This document shows positions 61,984 to 64,000 of a stretch of DNA of 64,000 nucleotides, piece by piece. Source of the stretch: Clostridiales bacterium (lineage in GTDB: Bacteria; Bacillota; Clostridia; Oscillospirales; CAG-272); assembly GCA_012837425.1 (NCBI GenBank), contig DURE01000040.1:15099-79098 (forward strand), in the 5' to 3' direction. The number at the start of each line of letters is the position of its first letter. Position 1 is the stretch's first letter. The notes below the pieces were generated by a model. It was not told where the DNA came from. It ran no database searches and saw only the letters and a list, made by a program, of their open reading frames with translations. The translations under genes and the position numbers were made by a program.

Positions 61984-64000
61984 TTATTTTCCGATTACCG
62001 AAAGACATCTTGAGCAGACAAACCCGTCCTCGATATGCTCCCCGTCCTCCGAATACATCCAGCAGCGGTCGCACTTCTCGCCGTCGGCCGGGGCTACCAA
62101 AACGGAAATTCCCGACATAGTATCGGCAAAGGCGCCGTCGGGCGCTTTATTCTGAGATAGTTTTGCTTCCGAGACGATAAACACTGTGGAGAGCCGGTCG
62201 GAAAAGCTCTCGAGCAGCGCGTATGTCTCTTCATCCCCGGTGTATATTATCACCTTGGCGTCAAGCGATTTGCCGATAAGTTTGTCGGCGCGGGCGAGCT
62301 CAAGCGCCTTCATCACGTCGTCGCGCAGGTCAAAGAGCCTGTTCCATACTTCATACCTGTCCTCAAACCCGCTAATATAGGTTGCTTCGGGCAGCCTGTT
62401 GAGGAAAACGCTTAGCTTGTTTTCGGCCCTGATGTGCGGCATGGCCTGCCAGATTTCCTCGGCGGTAAAGGATATTATCGGGGCTATAAGCCTTGTCAGT
62501 GCCGAGAGAATTAAGAACATTGCGCTCTGCGCGCTCCGGCGGCCGGGGCTGTTTTTTGCGCTGGTGTAGACGCGGTCTTTGGTGATGTCTATATAGAGCT
62601 TTGAGAGGTTTATGGTGCAGAAGTTATTCACAGCATGATAGACTATATGGAACTCGTAGGTGTCATATGCCCTTTTGCATTCGGAAATCAGCTCATCAAG
62701 TCCTGCCAGTATCCATTTGTCGAGTTCGTCCATGTCGGAGGTGTTGACCATGTCTGCCTCGGGGTCGAAGTCCCCGAGGTTGGCGAGCAGAATTCGCGCG
62801 GTATTTCTTATTTTCCGATAGACTTCCGAGAGCTGTTTGAAGATGGCGTCCGAGACCCGCACGTCTGCCCTGTAGTCGCTTGACGCAGCCCACAGGCGTA
62901 CCAGCTCGGCGCCGTATTTCTTAATCATGTCTTCGGGGGCTATTGTGTTGCCCAGGGATTTGTGCATGGCGTGACCTTCGCCGTCTACCGTCCAGCCGTG
63001 CGTGAGCACCGTTCGGTAGGGCGCGCCGCTCCCCCGCGCTCCGACTGCCGTAAGCAGAGAAGACTGGAACCAGCCGCGGTATTGGTCGGCCCCCTCAAGG
63101 TACATGTCGGCCGGCCACTTTATGTCCTTGGGCCAGGCCGGGTGGTATCCGCCGTTCTCGAGCGCCGCAAAGTGAGTGACGCCCGAGTCAAACCAGCAGT
63201 CAAGCGTGTCGGTTTCCTTGGTAAATTGAGTGCCGCCGCAGAAGGGGCAGGAAAAACCACGGGGCAGAATGTCGGCCGCCTCGGTTTCATACCAGCTGTT
63301 GGATCCCCGCCCGGCAAAAAGGGTTGCTACCGCCTCGGTGGTCTCGGGCGTGCAGACCGGCCTGCCGCACCCGCTGCAGTAGAAGACCGGGATAGGCAGC
63401 CCCCAGTGCCGCTGGCGCGAAATACACCAGTCGGCGCGCTCTCTTATCATCTGCGTAATCCGGTCAAGCCCCCATGCGGGCAGCCACTGTACCTGCTCAC
63501 AGGCGGCCACCGCCGCGTCTTTGAATGAATCAACCGAGCAGAACCACTGCGGTGTGGCCCTGAATATTACAGGTTCCTTGCAGCGCCAGCAGTGTGGATA
63601 CTCGTGTTCTATCTGTTCGTGTGCAAAGAGCGCCCCGCTCTCCTTCATGTCGGCAAGTATGGCAAGGTTTGACTTATCATACCGAAGCCCGGCATACTTA
63701 CCGGCATCTGAGGTCTGGTATCCCCTGTCGTCGACCGGGACTATGGTCTCGATTCCGTGTTTTGTGCAGGTCTTACAGTCGTCTACGCCAAAGCCGGGTG
63801 CTGTGTGAACGCAGCCGGTGCCGCTATCGGTGGTGACGTAATCGGCAAGCAGCACAACGCTATCGCGGTCAAGGAAGGGGTGCCGGGTTTTGACAAATTC
63901 GAGTTCGTGCCCGAGCAGGTTTGCCAAGATTCTGTATTCGGTTATGCCGCCGGCGACCATGGTTTTTTCGACAAGCTCCTTGGCGACGATATAGAAGCTG
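61984..64000 (-). CDS. ileS: Isoleucine--tRNA ligase, C-terminal ~670 codons; N-terminus beyond the window
   Basis: Editing-domain segment TGCVHTAPGFG, KMSKS-variant AMHKSLGN, and C-terminal zinc knuckles CDRCW...CSRC. The frame is open to the window edge. Confidence 0.9.
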   Translation of the reverse strand, partial: SFYIVAKELVEKTMVAGGITEYRILANLLGHELEFVKTRHPFLDRDSVVLLADYVTTDSGTGCVHTAPGFGVDDCKTCTKHGIETIVPVDDRGYQTSDAGKYAGLRYDKSNLAILADMKESGALFAHEQIEHEYPHCWRCKEPVIFRATPQWFCSVDSFKDAAVAACEQVQWLPAWGLDRITQMIRERADWCISRQRHWGLPIPVFYCSGCGRPVCTPETTEAVATLFAGRGSNSWYETEAADILPRGFSCPFCGGTQFTKETDTLDCWFDSGVTHFAALENGGYHPAWPKDIKWPADMYLEGADQYRGWFQSSLLTAVGARGSGAPYRTVLTHGWTVDGEGHAMHKSLGNTIAPEDMIKKYGAELVRLWAASSDYRADVRVSDAIFKQLSEVYRKIRNTARILLANLGDFDPEADMVNTSDMDELDKWILAGLDELISECKRAYDTYEFHIVYHAVNNFCTINLSKLYIDITKDRVYTSAKNSPGRRSAQSAMFLILSALTRLIAPIISFTAEEIWQAMPHIRAENKLSVFLNRLPEATYISGFEDRYEVWNRLFDLRDDVMKALELARADKLIGKSLDAKVIIYTGDEETYALLESFSDRLSTVFIVSEAKLSQNKAPDGAFADTMSGISVLVAPADGEKCDRCWMYSEDGEHIEDGFVCSRCLSVIGK

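Overview
The window looks like a chromosomal segment from a moderately GC-rich, spore-forming Clostridia-type Firmicute. An Oscillospiraceae/Ruminococcaceae-like origin is my inference from gene content only; no search was run. The segment is densely coding.

Housekeeping genes: lgt, ROK glucokinase, nifS-nifU, alaS, coaW-like PanK, rqcH, ytvI, fba, rny, tRNA-Arg(ACG), lspA-rluD and ileS (partial).

Accessory blocks:
(1) 2.0-4.9 kb. A secreted CBM-like surface protein ends in GGGGC + one TM helix + KKKKR. It sits directly upstream of a translationally coupled lgt-CPBP (CAAX-type) protease pair. This is my top candidate for an undescribed C-terminal lipidation/cleavage sorting module.
(2) 8.3-22.8 kb. 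A seven-gene locus encodes a 1182-aa solute-binding protein without a lipobox, two separate ABC permease pairs, an NHL-TPR-Yip1 membrane protein and a 1441-aa secreted protein with a ~430-aa Ala-rich helical stalk. It contains no ATPase, regulator or recognisable glycoside hydrolase.
(3) A modular hairpin-forming intergenic repeat family with five copies.
(4) A mazF/ndoA toxin gene with a 60-aa Ala/Pro tail and no canonical antitoxin.
(5) A MoxR-DUF58-transglutaminase operon carrying highly basic low-complexity inserts.
(6) A lone, self-promoted phage tail-fibre-like gene next to tRNA-Arg.
(7) A lipoprotein serpin.
(8) A CpsBCD/CapD/Wzy-like exopolysaccharide control module.

There are two gene remnants: a truncated CPBP with a PPxY-repeat tail, and a HAD-IIB C-terminal fragment. 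Many intergenic regions carry near-consensus sigma-A promoters and clear intrinsic terminators. No CRISPR array, rRNA, transposase or integrase was seen. All family calls rest on motifs read from the translations and on recalled family knowledge.
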